From an uncultured delta proteobacterium (GTDB lineage: Bacteria; Myxococcota_A; Polyangia; Polyangiales; B10-G4): DNA of 64,000 nucleotides. The position numbers were made by a program, and so were the translations under genes. Location of the stretch: contig CAVSGI010000009.1 in assembly GCA_963727445.1 (NCBI GenBank), positions 96,001-160,000 of the forward strand, given 5' to 3'. Below, piece by piece: positions 38,029 to 47,594 of this stretch (within the stretch, counting starts at the first letter, position 1; each line of letters opens with the position of its first letter). Under the pieces are notes generated by a model. That model saw only the letters and a list, made by a program, of their open reading frames with translations, had not been told where the DNA came from and did no database searches.

Positions 38029-39840
38029 TCAGACGGCGCCGGGCCTCGGCGTATTCGATGTAATGGATCCCGCAATTTCAGTGCTTTGTGGGGTGATCCC
38101 GGCTCTCGTGAAGAGCTCGTCCATCGGAACCAGCTCCCCGCTCCACCGCCCGAGGGCGCGCTCGAGGTCTCTCGCCAGCGTGGACAGCCGTTCACGCCGT
38201 TCTCGCCTGGGGAGTGAATCCGCTCTCACCCGCTCCCAGTCGATGGCCAGATCCCAGCTCCCCAGGTCGATGCGACGGGCGAGCTCGGGGGCGTTTTCGG
38301 GTCCGACGCCGCGGAGCGCCAGCATCAGCATCTCGAAGAGCAGCTCCTCGGTCTTCGCCACGTCGGCGCGCATGCGTGAAAGCGTGTGCTCGATGGAGCG
38401 ATCCTCGAGCAGCTCGAGGTGCTGATCCGCGAGGGTCGAGGGGAACATGGGCAGCGGCGTGAAGGGCCGGCCGGGGTGCAGGGTGACGGTCTTGAGGTCC
38501 GCCCAGGCGTTGCACAGCACCTGCGCCAGGTGGTTGAGGCGGTTGTAACGAAGACCGACCTCGTGGAAGGCCGCGAGCTCCTCGGCGGGCAGGCGGTAGG
38601 CGCGCCGGAAGAAATAGGGACACATGAAGGTCCAGTAGACGAAGAAGTCCCACCAGAGCTTCGCGCCGAAGACGTCGTGGTGCGGGAAGATGGCCCCGTT
38701 GTCGACGAGCACCTTGCCGATCTCGTCGGCCCAGGTGATGTGGAGCTCGTTGAACATCGAGACGCGCACGGGATCGTTTTGTCCCGTCTCGAGGTCCTCG
38801 CGGATGAGCTCGGCGGTGAAGCAGTTGGCGAGGCCGATGAAGTCCGAGCCCGGGCTGTAGAGGGGATCGACGAAGAGGCCCGCTTCTCCGACGCACGCCC
38901 AGCGGTCCTCGCTGAAGCACTTCTTCGAGGAGTAGCTGTAGCCCTCGAGCATCTTGAAGTCCTCGAACTTCACGCCTTCGAGGGCGGCGGCGAGCTCGGG
39001 CTCGTTCTTCGCGAGCCAGGCGCGCGCCTTGTCCTCGCTGTCGTAAGAGGCGAAGGGTTGGTTCTTCTCGTCGGCGACGATGCCGATGCTCGTCATCCCG
39101 GTCGAGAGCGGGATGAGCCAGACCCAGTAGCCGCGCCCCATCAGGTGGCAGGTCGACAGCCAGCGGTTGTCGTCGACGTCGCGCGCGTGCCAGCGCTTTT
39201 CGCTTTCGGGGACCAGCTCGCCGACCTTGAGGCGCCGGTCGATGCGGAACCACGCGGCGCTCTGGTCGTTGTCGTTTTCGACGCGCAGGCCGAGCTTGCG
39301 TTGAAGGAGCTGACGTCGCCCGGTGGCGTCGACCGCCCAGCGCGCCGTGAGGGTCTGCTCCTCGCGGGTCTTCTTGTCGAAGACCACGACGCGGTGGTCC
39401 TCGCTCTCGTCGGTGAGCTCGATGTCCTTGACGACCCAGCCCTCGTAGAGGGTCACGCCTTCGTCGGCCAGGATCTGCCGGACGTCATTTTCGAGCTTGC
39501 CGCGATCCATCTGGTAGCTCGGTACGATCGGCGGCTCCGAGGGACCGAGCTCGGTGCGCTTCCAAAGCGGGGTCCCCTCTGGAGCGCAGAAGAAGCGCAG
39601 GCCGTTCTTGTGAAGGTGATCCGCGTCCAGGTAGTCCTTCAGTCCGGCGATCTGCGAGATGTAGTGCGTACCCATCTCGACGCTGGACTCGCCGACCTTG
39701 TGGCAGGCGATGGGGAGCGGTCGCTTCGCGGCCTCGACCACGCAGAGCGAAGCCTGAGGAAGCTCACGGCGAAGCTGCCGGGCCAGGGTGAGGCCGGCGA
39801 GCCCTCCACCACAGATGACGACGTCGAAATGCGTGCGCAT
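38029..39840 (-). CDS. Flavin-dependent halogenase-like protein 1
   Basis: GGGLAG, KVGES, HLHKNGLRF, DATGR, WVWLIP (WxWxIP), FVDPLYSPG. Confidence 0.85.
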   Translation of the reverse strand: MRTHFDVVICGGGLAGLTLARQLRRELPQASLCVVEAAKRPLPIACHKVGESSVEMGTHYISQIAGLKDYLDADHLHKNGLRFFCAPEGTPLWKRTELGPSEPPIVPSYQMDRGKLENDVRQILADEGVTLYEGWVVKDIELTDESEDHRVVVFDKKTREEQTLTARWAVDATGRRQLLQRKLGLRVENDNDQSAAWFRIDRRLKVGELVPESEKRWHARDVDDNRWLSTCHLMGRGYWVWLIPLSTGMTSIGIVADEKNQPFASYDSEDKARAWLAKNEPELAAALEGVKFEDFKMLEGYSYSSKKCFSEDRWACVGEAGLFVDPLYSPGSDFIGLANCFTAELIREDLETGQNDPVRVSMFNELHITWADEIGKVLVDNGAIFPHHDVFGAKLWWDFFVYWTFMCPYFFRRAYRLPAEELAAFHEVGLRYNRLNHLAQVLCNAWADLKTVTLHPGRPFTPLPMFPSTLADQHLELLEDRSIEHTLSRMRADVAKTEELLFEMLMLALRGVGPENAPELARRIDLGSWDLAIDWERVRADSLPRRERRERLSTLARDLERALGRWSGELVPMDELFTRAGITPQSTEIAGSITSNTPRPGAV

Positions 39841-39973
39841 GCGCCCCTTCTCGTGGCGGGTATAGGGCATGGTCGCGGTGGGAGCAATCGGGCCCGCGCC
39901 CCGCGCTTGTCCGCATGCTCGACGCTGGCGGTGGTGCTACGGTGGCCCGCCTGGGAGAGGGTAAGAGGAGCGA

Positions 39974-41551
39974 ATGGAGCACAGCGTCGATGTGGCCATC
40001 CTGGGGGGTGGCCTCGCGGGAAACCTGCTTGCACGCCAGCTGCGAAGAGAGCTGCCGGCTCTATCCGTCAGCATCTTCGAGCGCGAGACCGAGCGCACCT
40101 GGAAGGTGGGAGAGTCGACCGTCGAGATCGCGGCCGCGTATCTGACCCGGCGGCTCGGGCTCACGAAGTACCTCTACGAGCGGCACCTGCCCAAGAACGG
40201 CCTGCGCTTCTTCTTCGACGACGAGCAGCGGAGCGCGAACCTCGAGGACATGAGCGAGATCGGGCTCATGAGCCTGCCGCCCTATCCGAGCTTCCAGCTC
40301 GACCGCGCGCGCTTCGAGCGAGACCTCCTCGAGATGAACGCGGCGGACGGTGTCGACGTGCACCTCGGCACGCGCGTCGCCGATCTGACCCTCGATGATG
40401 GCAGCGACGGTCACGTCTTCCGCGCCATCGCCGACAACGTCGAGCGCCGGGTCAAGGCGCGCTGGGTGGTGGACGCCACGGGCCGCGGCGGTCTGATCTC
40501 GACCCAGAAGAAGCTCAAGGTGCCCGAGCGGGGCCATCGCATCGCCGCGACCTGGGGCCGCTTCGAGGAGGTCGCGGACATCGACGACTGGCCCGCGCCC
40601 GAGTGGCGCGCCCGCGTGAACCACACCGCGCGCTACCTCTCGACGAACCACTTCTGCTACCCGGATCAGTGGATCTGGTTCATCCCGCTTCGCGAGGGCG
40701 TGACCTCGGTGGGCGTGGTGGCGGACGCGTCGACCTGGGACAAGCGCTTCCACACCGAGGAAGGCTTCCTCGCGCACCTGCGCGCACACCGCGCGCCCGA
40801 GCAGCTCCTCGAGAAGGCCAAGCTCCTCGACATCGGCTCCTTCACGCAGCTCGCCTTCCGCACCAAGCAGTTCTTCAGCGCCGAGCGCTGGGCGTGCGTG
40901 GGCGACGCAGCGGCCTTCGTCGACCCGTTCTACAGCCCGGGCTCGGACTTCATCGCCATCGAGAACGACATCGTGGCGAACCTGATCGCGAACGAGGTGG
41001 CCGGCGAGGACATCCACGAGCGCGCTCAGGCCTTCGACGAGTTCATGCAGTTCCGCTTCGACACGGCGATGGCCCTCTACCAGGACCAGTACCGCACCTT
41101 CGGCAGCTTCGAGCTCTTCAAGGCCAAGGTCTATTTCGACTGCGCCTGTTACTACAACCTCTGGTTCGACTCCTACGAGCGCGACGAGCACATCGATCTG
41201 AAGGCGGTCAAAGGCGTGCTCCGGCGCAAGGAGCCGGTGATCGTCGCGATGGAGAACTTCAAGCAGCTCTTCCGCGGTGCGGCCGACGAGCTGATGCGGC
41301 GCGGTGATTACTACCGACAGAACACCGGCATCGGATTCCACGACGGTCAGGCGGCCTTCGGTCCCATCATGGACGTCGGCAAGAAGCGCCGCCGTCCGGC
41401 GATCGATCGGCGCACCGAAGAGATCTTCAACGAGACCACCAAGATGGTGCACGCCATGCTCGACGGTGATGCTTCGGTCTACGTGCCGCGTCCCATCTGG
41501 GACTTCGCCGAGAAGGGCGGGATCCTCCCCGCCGCCCGCGTGGGTGCCTGA
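39974..41551 (+). CDS. Flavin-dependent halogenase-like protein 2
   Basis: GGGLAG, KVGES, HLPKNGLRF (K74), DATGR, WIWFIP, GDAAAFVDPFYSPG; AGGAG RBS. Confidence 0.87.
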   Translation: MEHSVDVAILGGGLAGNLLARQLRRELPALSVSIFERETERTWKVGESTVEIAAAYLTRRLGLTKYLYERHLPKNGLRFFFDDEQRSANLEDMSEIGLMSLPPYPSFQLDRARFERDLLEMNAADGVDVHLGTRVADLTLDDGSDGHVFRAIADNVERRVKARWVVDATGRGGLISTQKKLKVPERGHRIAATWGRFEEVADIDDWPAPEWRARVNHTARYLSTNHFCYPDQWIWFIPLREGVTSVGVVADASTWDKRFHTEEGFLAHLRAHRAPEQLLEKAKLLDIGSFTQLAFRTKQFFSAERWACVGDAAAFVDPFYSPGSDFIAIENDIVANLIANEVAGEDIHERAQAFDEFMQFRFDTAMALYQDQYRTFGSFELFKAKVYFDCACYYNLWFDSYERDEHIDLKAVKGVLRRKEPVIVAMENFKQLFRGAADELMRRGDYYRQNTGIGFHDGQAAFGPIMDVGKKRRRPAIDRRTEEIFNETTKMVHAMLDGDASVYVPRPIWDFAEKGGILPAARVGA

Positions 41552-41553
41552 GC

Positions 41554-42792
41554 ATGAGTGACGCCGATCGCCGCGTCGTGATCACCGGGATGGGCGCGGT
41601 CTCGCCGATCGGCAACACGGTCGAGGACTCCGTCGCGAAGCTCGCGGCCATGGAGCACGGCATCCGCTTCATGGACGAGTGGGAGTTCATGGAGGACCTG
41701 CAATGCCGGCTCGCGGCGAACGTGACCGGCATCGACTTCAAGAAGCATTACCACCGGCGCGTTCGCCGGACGATGGGGCGCGTCTCGCTCCTCGCTCTCT
41801 ACGCGACCGAGCAGGCGCTCGAGCAGGCGGGCATCACCGCCGAGATGATGGAAGGCGGCCGCACCGGCCTCGCCTATGGATCGACCAGCGGATCGAGCGG
41901 TGAGCTCGAGCTCTACAGCCGGCCGCTGATGAACTCGAATTCGCTGCGCGGGCTCGAGTCGAACGCCTACCTGAAGATCATGGCGCACACCTGCGCCGCC
42001 AACCTCGCGAGCCACTTCAAGATCCGCGGCCGCGTCCAGCCGACGTGCAGCGCGTGCACCAGCGGCTCGCAGGCGGTGGGCTACGGCTACGAGATGATCA
42101 AGCACGGGATCGAGGACGTGATGATCTGCGGCGGTGCCGAGGAGATGCACTACACCAGCGCGGTCACCTTCGATCTCTTGATGGCGACGTCGGTGCACTT
42201 CAACGCGCGGCCCGACGACACGCCCCGACCCTTCGACGCCGACCGCGACGGACTGGTCACCGGCGAAGCGGGCGCCACCCTGGTGCTCGAGAGCTACGCC
42301 CACGCCAAGGCGCGCGGCGCGGAGATCCTCGGCGAGATCATCGGCTTCGCGAGCTGCTGCGATGGGGCGCACATCACCAACCCCAACCCCGACGGGATGC
42401 GACGCGTGATGGACCTCGCCCTCGCCGACGCGAAGCTCTCGCGCGACAAGGTGGACTACGTGCACGCCCACGCCACCGCGACCACCGTGGGAGACGTCGC
42501 CGAAGCGCAGGCGACGCACGACCTCTTCGAGCGGAAGATCCCCATCGCGAGCACCAAGGCGCACGTCGGCCACACCCTCGGCGCGTGCGGAGCGCTCGAA
42601 GCCATCTGGAGCCTCGAGATGATTCGCAAGGGCTTCATGGCCGCGACGCGCAACCTCGAAAAGCTCGACCCGGAGTGCCCGCCGCTCGACTATCTGACCG
42701 AGACCCGCGACGACAAGCCCACCGTGGTGATGAGCAACAACTTCGCCTTCGGTGGCGTGAACACGTCGCTGATCATCGCGCCGGCTCCCTGA
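41554..42792 (+). CDS. Beta-ketoacyl-ACP synthase (FabF/ApeR-like)
   Basis: RVVITGMG, SACTSGSQAVG (catalytic Cys), PRPFD..RDG, HAHATAT, GHTLGACG, SNNFAFGGVN. Confidence 0.94.
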   Translation: MSDADRRVVITGMGAVSPIGNTVEDSVAKLAAMEHGIRFMDEWEFMEDLQCRLAANVTGIDFKKHYHRRVRRTMGRVSLLALYATEQALEQAGITAEMMEGGRTGLAYGSTSGSSGELELYSRPLMNSNSLRGLESNAYLKIMAHTCAANLASHFKIRGRVQPTCSACTSGSQAVGYGYEMIKHGIEDVMICGGAEEMHYTSAVTFDLLMATSVHFNARPDDTPRPFDADRDGLVTGEAGATLVLESYAHAKARGAEILGEIIGFASCCDGAHITNPNPDGMRRVMDLALADAKLSRDKVDYVHAHATATTVGDVAEAQATHDLFERKIPIASTKAHVGHTLGACGALEAIWSLEMIRKGFMAATRNLEKLDPECPPLDYLTETRDDKPTVVMSNNFAFGGVNTSLIIAPAP

Positions 42793-42793
42793 A

Positions 42794-43414
42794 TCAGAGC
42801 GGCGTGTAGCGCAGCGTGTGGATGGTGCTTCGGTACCCGTGCCACTGGTTGTCGAAGTCGACGACGTCGGGGGGCGCGACTTCCGCCGGGGCGTTGGGCG
42901 CCATGCCGCCTTCGTAATCGACGACGATCTTGCCTGCCGGCACGCCATCGAGGCGTTCGAAGGTACGCTCGAGGAGCTTGCCTCCGTTCCAGCGCTCGTG
43001 GATGCGCTCGCCGTCGCGCTCGAAGGTCATCTCCGAGGAGCCGTCCACCGGCGGCTGGTTCGGCTGGAGCCAGGTCCGATGGACGTCGTAGAGCATGTAC
43101 TCCGGGGGGAAAGGCAGCTCGATGGTGACGAAGGTCTGCCAGTCGAAGTCCATCCCGTTCTGGGTCAGCACGAAGGCGCGCCCGCCGGCGGGTCCGAGGC
43201 CCACCATCGTCAGCGTGTTGTCCTGCTTCTGCAAAACGGCGTGGAACGAGCTCTCGCCTTCGGCGTGGTGGATCGTCACGTCCTGCTCGAGCGCCCACTG
43301 CCCCGGCAGGTCGGCTGGCATCACCAGGTGCGTCGGGTAGGGAGCCGCCTCCTGTGGTGGAGTCGTGGTTCCGCCACAGGCCGAGAGCAACACCAGAAGG
43401 AGCGTCGCGCGCAC
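42794..43414 (-). CDS. DUF3261-like lipoprotein (ApeN-like)
   Basis: LLSAC lipobox, L.MVGL.P.G.R.F.L, P.YML.D, C-terminal Y...I.TL. Confidence 0.75.
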   Translation of the reverse strand: MRATLLLVLLSACGGTTTPPQEAAPYPTHLVMPADLPGQWALEQDVTIHHAEGESSFHAVLQKQDNTLTMVGLGPAGGRAFVLTQNGMDFDWQTFVTIELPFPPEYMLYDVHRTWLQPNQPPVDGSSEMTFERDGERIHERWNGGKLLERTFERLDGVPAGKIVVDYEGGMAPNAPAEVAPPDVVDFDNQWHGYRSTIHTLRYTPL

Positions 43415-43473
43415 TTCGCCCTCATATCACGAGCGGTTGCTCGGTGCTCGCCTCTCTGGAAGAGTCCCGGCCG

Positions 43474-43809
43474 ATGGCACGCCCCGATTTCGAGCTCGGC
43501 GAGGTGAGCGAGGCGGACGGCACCCACCGGATCCCGGTGCACGTCCCCACCGACCTCCGCTACCTCGAAGGCCACTTCCCCGACGACCCGATCGTGCCGG
43601 GCATCGCGCAGCTCGCCCTCGCCGAGCGCGCCGCCCGCATCACGCATGGCGACCTCGGTCCCACCAAGGGCGTGCGTCGCCTCAAGTTCAGCGCGCGCAT
43701 CGATCCCGGCGACGACCTCCGAATCGACATCACGCGCACTGGCGACAAGGTTCGCTTCATCATCGTTCGCGACGAGACCGAATGCTCACGCGGCACCATC
43801 CTCTTCTGA
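43474..43809 (+). CDS. FabZ-like dehydratase subunit (ApeI-like)
   Basis: DL.YLEGHFP..PIVPG.AQL, LKF...I.PG, SRG.I. Confidence 0.85.
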   Translation: MARPDFELGEVSEADGTHRIPVHVPTDLRYLEGHFPDDPIVPGIAQLALAERAARITHGDLGPTKGVRRLKFSARIDPGDDLRIDITRTGDKVRFIIVRDETECSRGTILF

Positions 43810-43811
43810 AC

Positions 43812-44657
43812 ATGCAGCGCCTCCTTCCCCTCGCAATCCTCCTGCTCCTCACCGCTTGCGCCGGCCAGGGCGAAGCGCGGCTCGAGACGACGACCGTGAA
43901 CAGCGCGGCCATGCACACACGGATGCAGTACGCGGTCTGGACGCCGCGGGACTTCTCGCCCGAAGAGCGCCTCCCGCTGATCGTGTTTCTTCACGGGGGC
44001 GGCGACTCACCGCAGTCCTTCGATGAGCACGGCATCGGCCAGCGCCTCGACCAGGCCCTCGCCGAAGGCGACATCCCCCGCGTCGTCATCGTTCTTCCCG
44101 AGGGCGATCTCGGGTTCTGGGCGAACTGGGCCGACGGCACCCGTTACTACGAGGACTGGGTGATCTACGAGGTGATGCCCGAGGTCGCCGAGCGCTATCA
44201 CACCGCCCGCTGCCCCGAGGACTGCCACGTGATGGGCGTCTCCATGGGCGGCGCGGGCACCGTGCGCTTCATGTTCCATCACCCCGAGCTCTTCTCTTCG
44301 GCGGCGGTGATCAGCGCGCCCATCATGAACACCGCGGCGATGTTCGACTTCGTCGACAACCGCCTCTACAAGCTGCTCTTCCCGACGGAGCGCATCTGGG
44401 ACCATCCCCCGCGCGGCGTCGTCGAACGCGAGGATCCCTTCCTGGTGTGGGAGGAGCCGGAGGACCTGCCCATGCGCCTCTACCTGGCGTGGGCGAATGG
44501 CGACCGCGACCAGATCCGTCTCGGCGGCCAGCGCCTGGCCGAGCACCTCGAGGCGCACGACATTCCCCACGAGGGAGGGGAGTTTGAGGGCGGGCACAAC
44601 TGGGTGAGCTGGACGCCGGTGATCGTCGAAGCGATCGCCTTCGCCGCCGGCGAGTGA
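43812..44657 (+). CDS. Alpha/beta-hydrolase (esterase) lipoprotein
   Basis: LLTAC lipobox, FLHGGG, GVSMGG nucleophile elbow, GGHNW. Confidence 0.88.
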   Translation: MQRLLPLAILLLLTACAGQGEARLETTTVNSAAMHTRMQYAVWTPRDFSPEERLPLIVFLHGGGDSPQSFDEHGIGQRLDQALAEGDIPRVVIVLPEGDLGFWANWADGTRYYEDWVIYEVMPEVAERYHTARCPEDCHVMGVSMGGAGTVRFMFHHPELFSSAAVISAPIMNTAAMFDFVDNRLYKLLFPTERIWDHPPRGVVEREDPFLVWEEPEDLPMRLYLAWANGDRDQIRLGGQRLAEHLEAHDIPHEGGEFEGGHNWVSWTPVIVEAIAFAAGE

Positions 44658-44678
44658 GCCCGCCGCCGAGGGCCGGCG

Positions 44679-46013
44679 TCACCTCCTCATTCCAACAGAG
44701 GGGGCTCCGGCGTCGCCGAGCGCGCCCAGCGCGTCGAAGAAGACTCGCGCTTTGAGCTCCGTCTCGGCGACCTCGCGCGCGGGGACGCTCGCTTCCACGA
44801 GACCGCCCCCGGCGTGATAGACGACCTCGCCTCGCCGCACCTGTGCGGTGCGGATGGCCACCGCGAAGCGCGCGCCGCCCGCGCGGTCGATCATGCCGAC
44901 CGCGCCCGTGTAGACCTCCCGTGGAACATCTTCGAGCGCCTCGATGATCTGCATGGCGCGGATCTTCGGCGTCCCGGTGACGCTGCCGGGCGGAAAGGTC
45001 GCGGTGAAGACGTCGCAGAGATCGACTTCGGGCCGGGTACGGCAGTGGACCGTGGAGACCAGGTGCGACAGCCCCGCGTAGGGCTCGACGACCAGCGGCG
45101 ACTCCACCACCACCGTCCCCACGTCGGCGACGCGCCCGAGATCGTTGCGCATCAGATCGACGATCATCGAGTGCTCGGCGCGTTCCTTTTCGTCGCTCGA
45201 CAGGCGCGAGGCCTCGGACGCGTCATCGCCCTCGCGGGCGATGGTGCCCTTGATCGGCCGCGTCGAGAGCGCGCCGCCCGGACCTTCCCACGAGAGGAAG
45301 CGCTCCATCGTGCGTGCGAGGACGGCGTGCTCGCCGGTGTCGACGAAGTATCCGAGGGGCACCGGGCTCGCCTCGCGCATCGCGAGGAAGAGCGCGAGGG
45401 CATCGCCTTCGAAAGGCGCAGTGAAGCGGCGCGCGAGGTTGACCTGGTAGATGTCGCCGTCGGCGATGTGCACGAGCGCGCGCTCGATGGCGCGCACGTG
45501 GTGCGCCGGGTCCGGCGAAGTGACCGGTCCCACGCGCGCGGCCGGCGGCGGGAGCGCGCGCCCCGCGTCGAGACGCGCTTCGAGTCGCTCCACGGCCGCC
45601 GCGTCATCGCCCAGGAGCCACGATTCGCCAGCGCTGTCGTCCCAAGCGAGGACGGCGTCGTAGCGGCCGAGCCACGAGAGCGGAAGCGACGCGTCCCGCG
45701 GCAGGCGTGCTTCGTGGGCCGAACCGGCGTAAGCGGCATCGTAGGCGACGAAGCCCATCCACCTGGGCGCCATCCGGAAGCGAGAGTCGGGCGCCGTCGC
45801 GTCGGGCGCGCCGGTGTCTCGCAGAAGCGCGAGGGGCGCCGCCTGCCCCCAATTCGCGCGACGCACCTCCACCGGATCGGAGCCCACGTAGCTCATCCGC
45901 CCCTCCACCGGGTGGATCGGACCGCCATCCAGCCACGAAAGGCCCGGTCGGCGCCGGAGGGCCCGGGCCGCAGCGGCGGCGTCGAGGGGTGGCTGGAGGC
46001 GCTTCGCGAACAC
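44679..46013 (-). CDS. pabB: Aminodeoxychorismate synthase component I (PabB/TrpE family)
   Basis: GDIYQVNL, RPIKGT, KERAEH.MIVDLMRNDL, FPPGSVTG.PK, YTGA.G, IRT, ETELK. Confidence 0.85.
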   Translation of the reverse strand: MFAKRLQPPLDAAAAARALRRRPGLSWLDGGPIHPVEGRMSYVGSDPVEVRRANWGQAAPLALLRDTGAPDATAPDSRFRMAPRWMGFVAYDAAYAGSAHEARLPRDASLPLSWLGRYDAVLAWDDSAGESWLLGDDAAAVERLEARLDAGRALPPPAARVGPVTSPDPAHHVRAIERALVHIADGDIYQVNLARRFTAPFEGDALALFLAMREASPVPLGYFVDTGEHAVLARTMERFLSWEGPGGALSTRPIKGTIAREGDDASEASRLSSDEKERAEHSMIVDLMRNDLGRVADVGTVVVESPLVVEPYAGLSHLVSTVHCRTRPEVDLCDVFTATFPPGSVTGTPKIRAMQIIEALEDVPREVYTGAVGMIDRAGGARFAVAIRTAQVRRGEVVYHAGGGLVEASVPAREVAETELKARVFFDALGALGDAGAPSVGMRR

Positions 46014-46049
46014 GAGCAGCGGACCTTAGCAGGACGGGGCGCGGAGAGG

Positions 46050-47501
46050 ATGCTAAGGAGCGCCGTGGCCCGCGTCCTGCCCCTCGCGCTCGCGCTCGCG
46101 CTCGCGACCGCCTGCTCCGGCGGCGACGCGCCGATGATCGACATCGCCATCGTCACGCCGGCGGGGGATTCGCCCCTCGAGGGCTTCGACACCATCGCGG
46201 TGACGGTGCGCCAGGGCGACGGTGAGGTGTTGACGAACGAGGGCACGGTGAACGCCGACGGCTTCGACGTCCCCGTGACGATCACCGACTACGCCATGCC
46301 GGTCGATCTCGCGGTGTCGCTCAGCGGCTCGGCGGGGACGGTTGTGGGGGGCGCGCCGACCTTCGTCCCCGGCGAGACCGGGCGGGCCGGTGACACGGCC
46401 GGCCTGGTGGTGGTCGCCGTCGGCCCCCCGCGCACCTGCGCCATCCTGCCCAACCTCACGCTCGAGGATCGACGACGCGACCTCGGCCTCAGCCGCCAGG
46501 GCTCCTTCGCCGCCGCCCTCGGCGGCTACGACGCCGCCGGTGCGAGCGACACCGCGAGCTTCCTCGATCTGTTGCGCCTCGGCTTCGAAGAAGAACCGGA
46601 GCCCACCACCTCGCGGCTGCCCGCGCTCCCCAATCCCCTCGGAGTGACGCGCGCCTACGGCTTCAGCAACTCCCGCGCGTTCGTCCTCTCGGAGCTGAGG
46701 CCGCCTTTCGTCTACGACATCACCGGGCGCTGTGACTCCTCGGACGCGGGTGACTGTTACGTGCGCTCGGTCCCCGCGGGTCTGCACAGCGGCGCCAGCA
46801 GCGCCTCGAGCGCGCTCGCGCTCTCCTCGGGAGGCGTGGTGGTGGTGGGCGGCGATCGCGACGGGACGCGCTCCGCGGAGGCCTCGTGGATCGACGGTGA
46901 GGGCCAGGCCACGCGCACCACCCTCCTCACCGGTCGCAAGAGCCCATTTCTGGTCGAGCTCGACGGCGGCGCCGTGCTCGTCGTCGGGGGCGAGCTCGGC
47001 GGGGACTACGCCGAGGTCATCTACCGCGATCGGCCGAGCGTCGCCGTCAGCGGCGGCCGCCTAGACGGCATCATCCGCGTGGGTGGCGCGCTCCACGCCG
47101 ATCCCTCCGGGCACAGCGCCCTCCTCGTCGGCGGCGAGACGCCGGACGAGCAGCTGATCGCCGAGACCGAGCTCTTCACCGGCTGCCCCGGGGCCTGCCG
47201 CATCGAGGCCGGCCCCTCCTGGGCGGCGCCCCGCATTCTGCCGACCCAGGTCCAGCGCAGGCGCGCCGGGGGCCTGTTGGTCGGCGGCGGCGACCCGCCG
47301 GTGACCACCGTCGACGCGATAATCTGGGCGGATCCGGCGACGGTGGCCTTCGAGAGCCACGGGACGCTCTCGGCGGCTCGGCGTGGCGCCGCGGCCCTCG
47401 CGCTGCCGAATGGTGTGGTTTTCGTGGCCGGCGGGACGGATGAATCCGGGCCCCGGCTCGACGTAGAGGTGTGCTTTCCGGATTCGGTCGAGTTACCCTG
47501 A
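46050..47501 (+). CDS. Kelch-like repeat lipoprotein
   Basis: LATAC lipobox; repeated VVVVGG / VLVVGG / LLVGG / FVAGG units. Confidence 0.75.
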   Translation: MLRSAVARVLPLALALALATACSGGDAPMIDIAIVTPAGDSPLEGFDTIAVTVRQGDGEVLTNEGTVNADGFDVPVTITDYAMPVDLAVSLSGSAGTVVGGAPTFVPGETGRAGDTAGLVVVAVGPPRTCAILPNLTLEDRRRDLGLSRQGSFAAALGGYDAAGASDTASFLDLLRLGFEEEPEPTTSRLPALPNPLGVTRAYGFSNSRAFVLSELRPPFVYDITGRCDSSDAGDCYVRSVPAGLHSGASSASSALALSSGGVVVVGGDRDGTRSAEASWIDGEGQATRTTLLTGRKSPFLVELDGGAVLVVGGELGGDYAEVIYRDRPSVAVSGGRLDGIIRVGGALHADPSGHSALLVGGETPDEQLIAETELFTGCPGACRIEAGPSWAAPRILPTQVQRRRAGGLLVGGGDPPVTTVDAIIWADPATVAFESHGTLSAARRGAAALALPNGVVFVAGGTDESGPRLDVEVCFPDSVELP

Positions 47502-47594
47502 GGGCCTCGGGCGAGGACAGCTTGTGGTGACTTCCGGGCGGCTCTTATGCTGCCGCCGCAGATCGAGGCCCCCCCACACCCTGGTCGCCTGACG

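Noticed and set aside
44814..46049. N-terminal 412 codons of the 895-aa ORF
   Set aside because: Antisense to pabB; the real kelch-like lipoprotein starts near 46050 with a signal peptide
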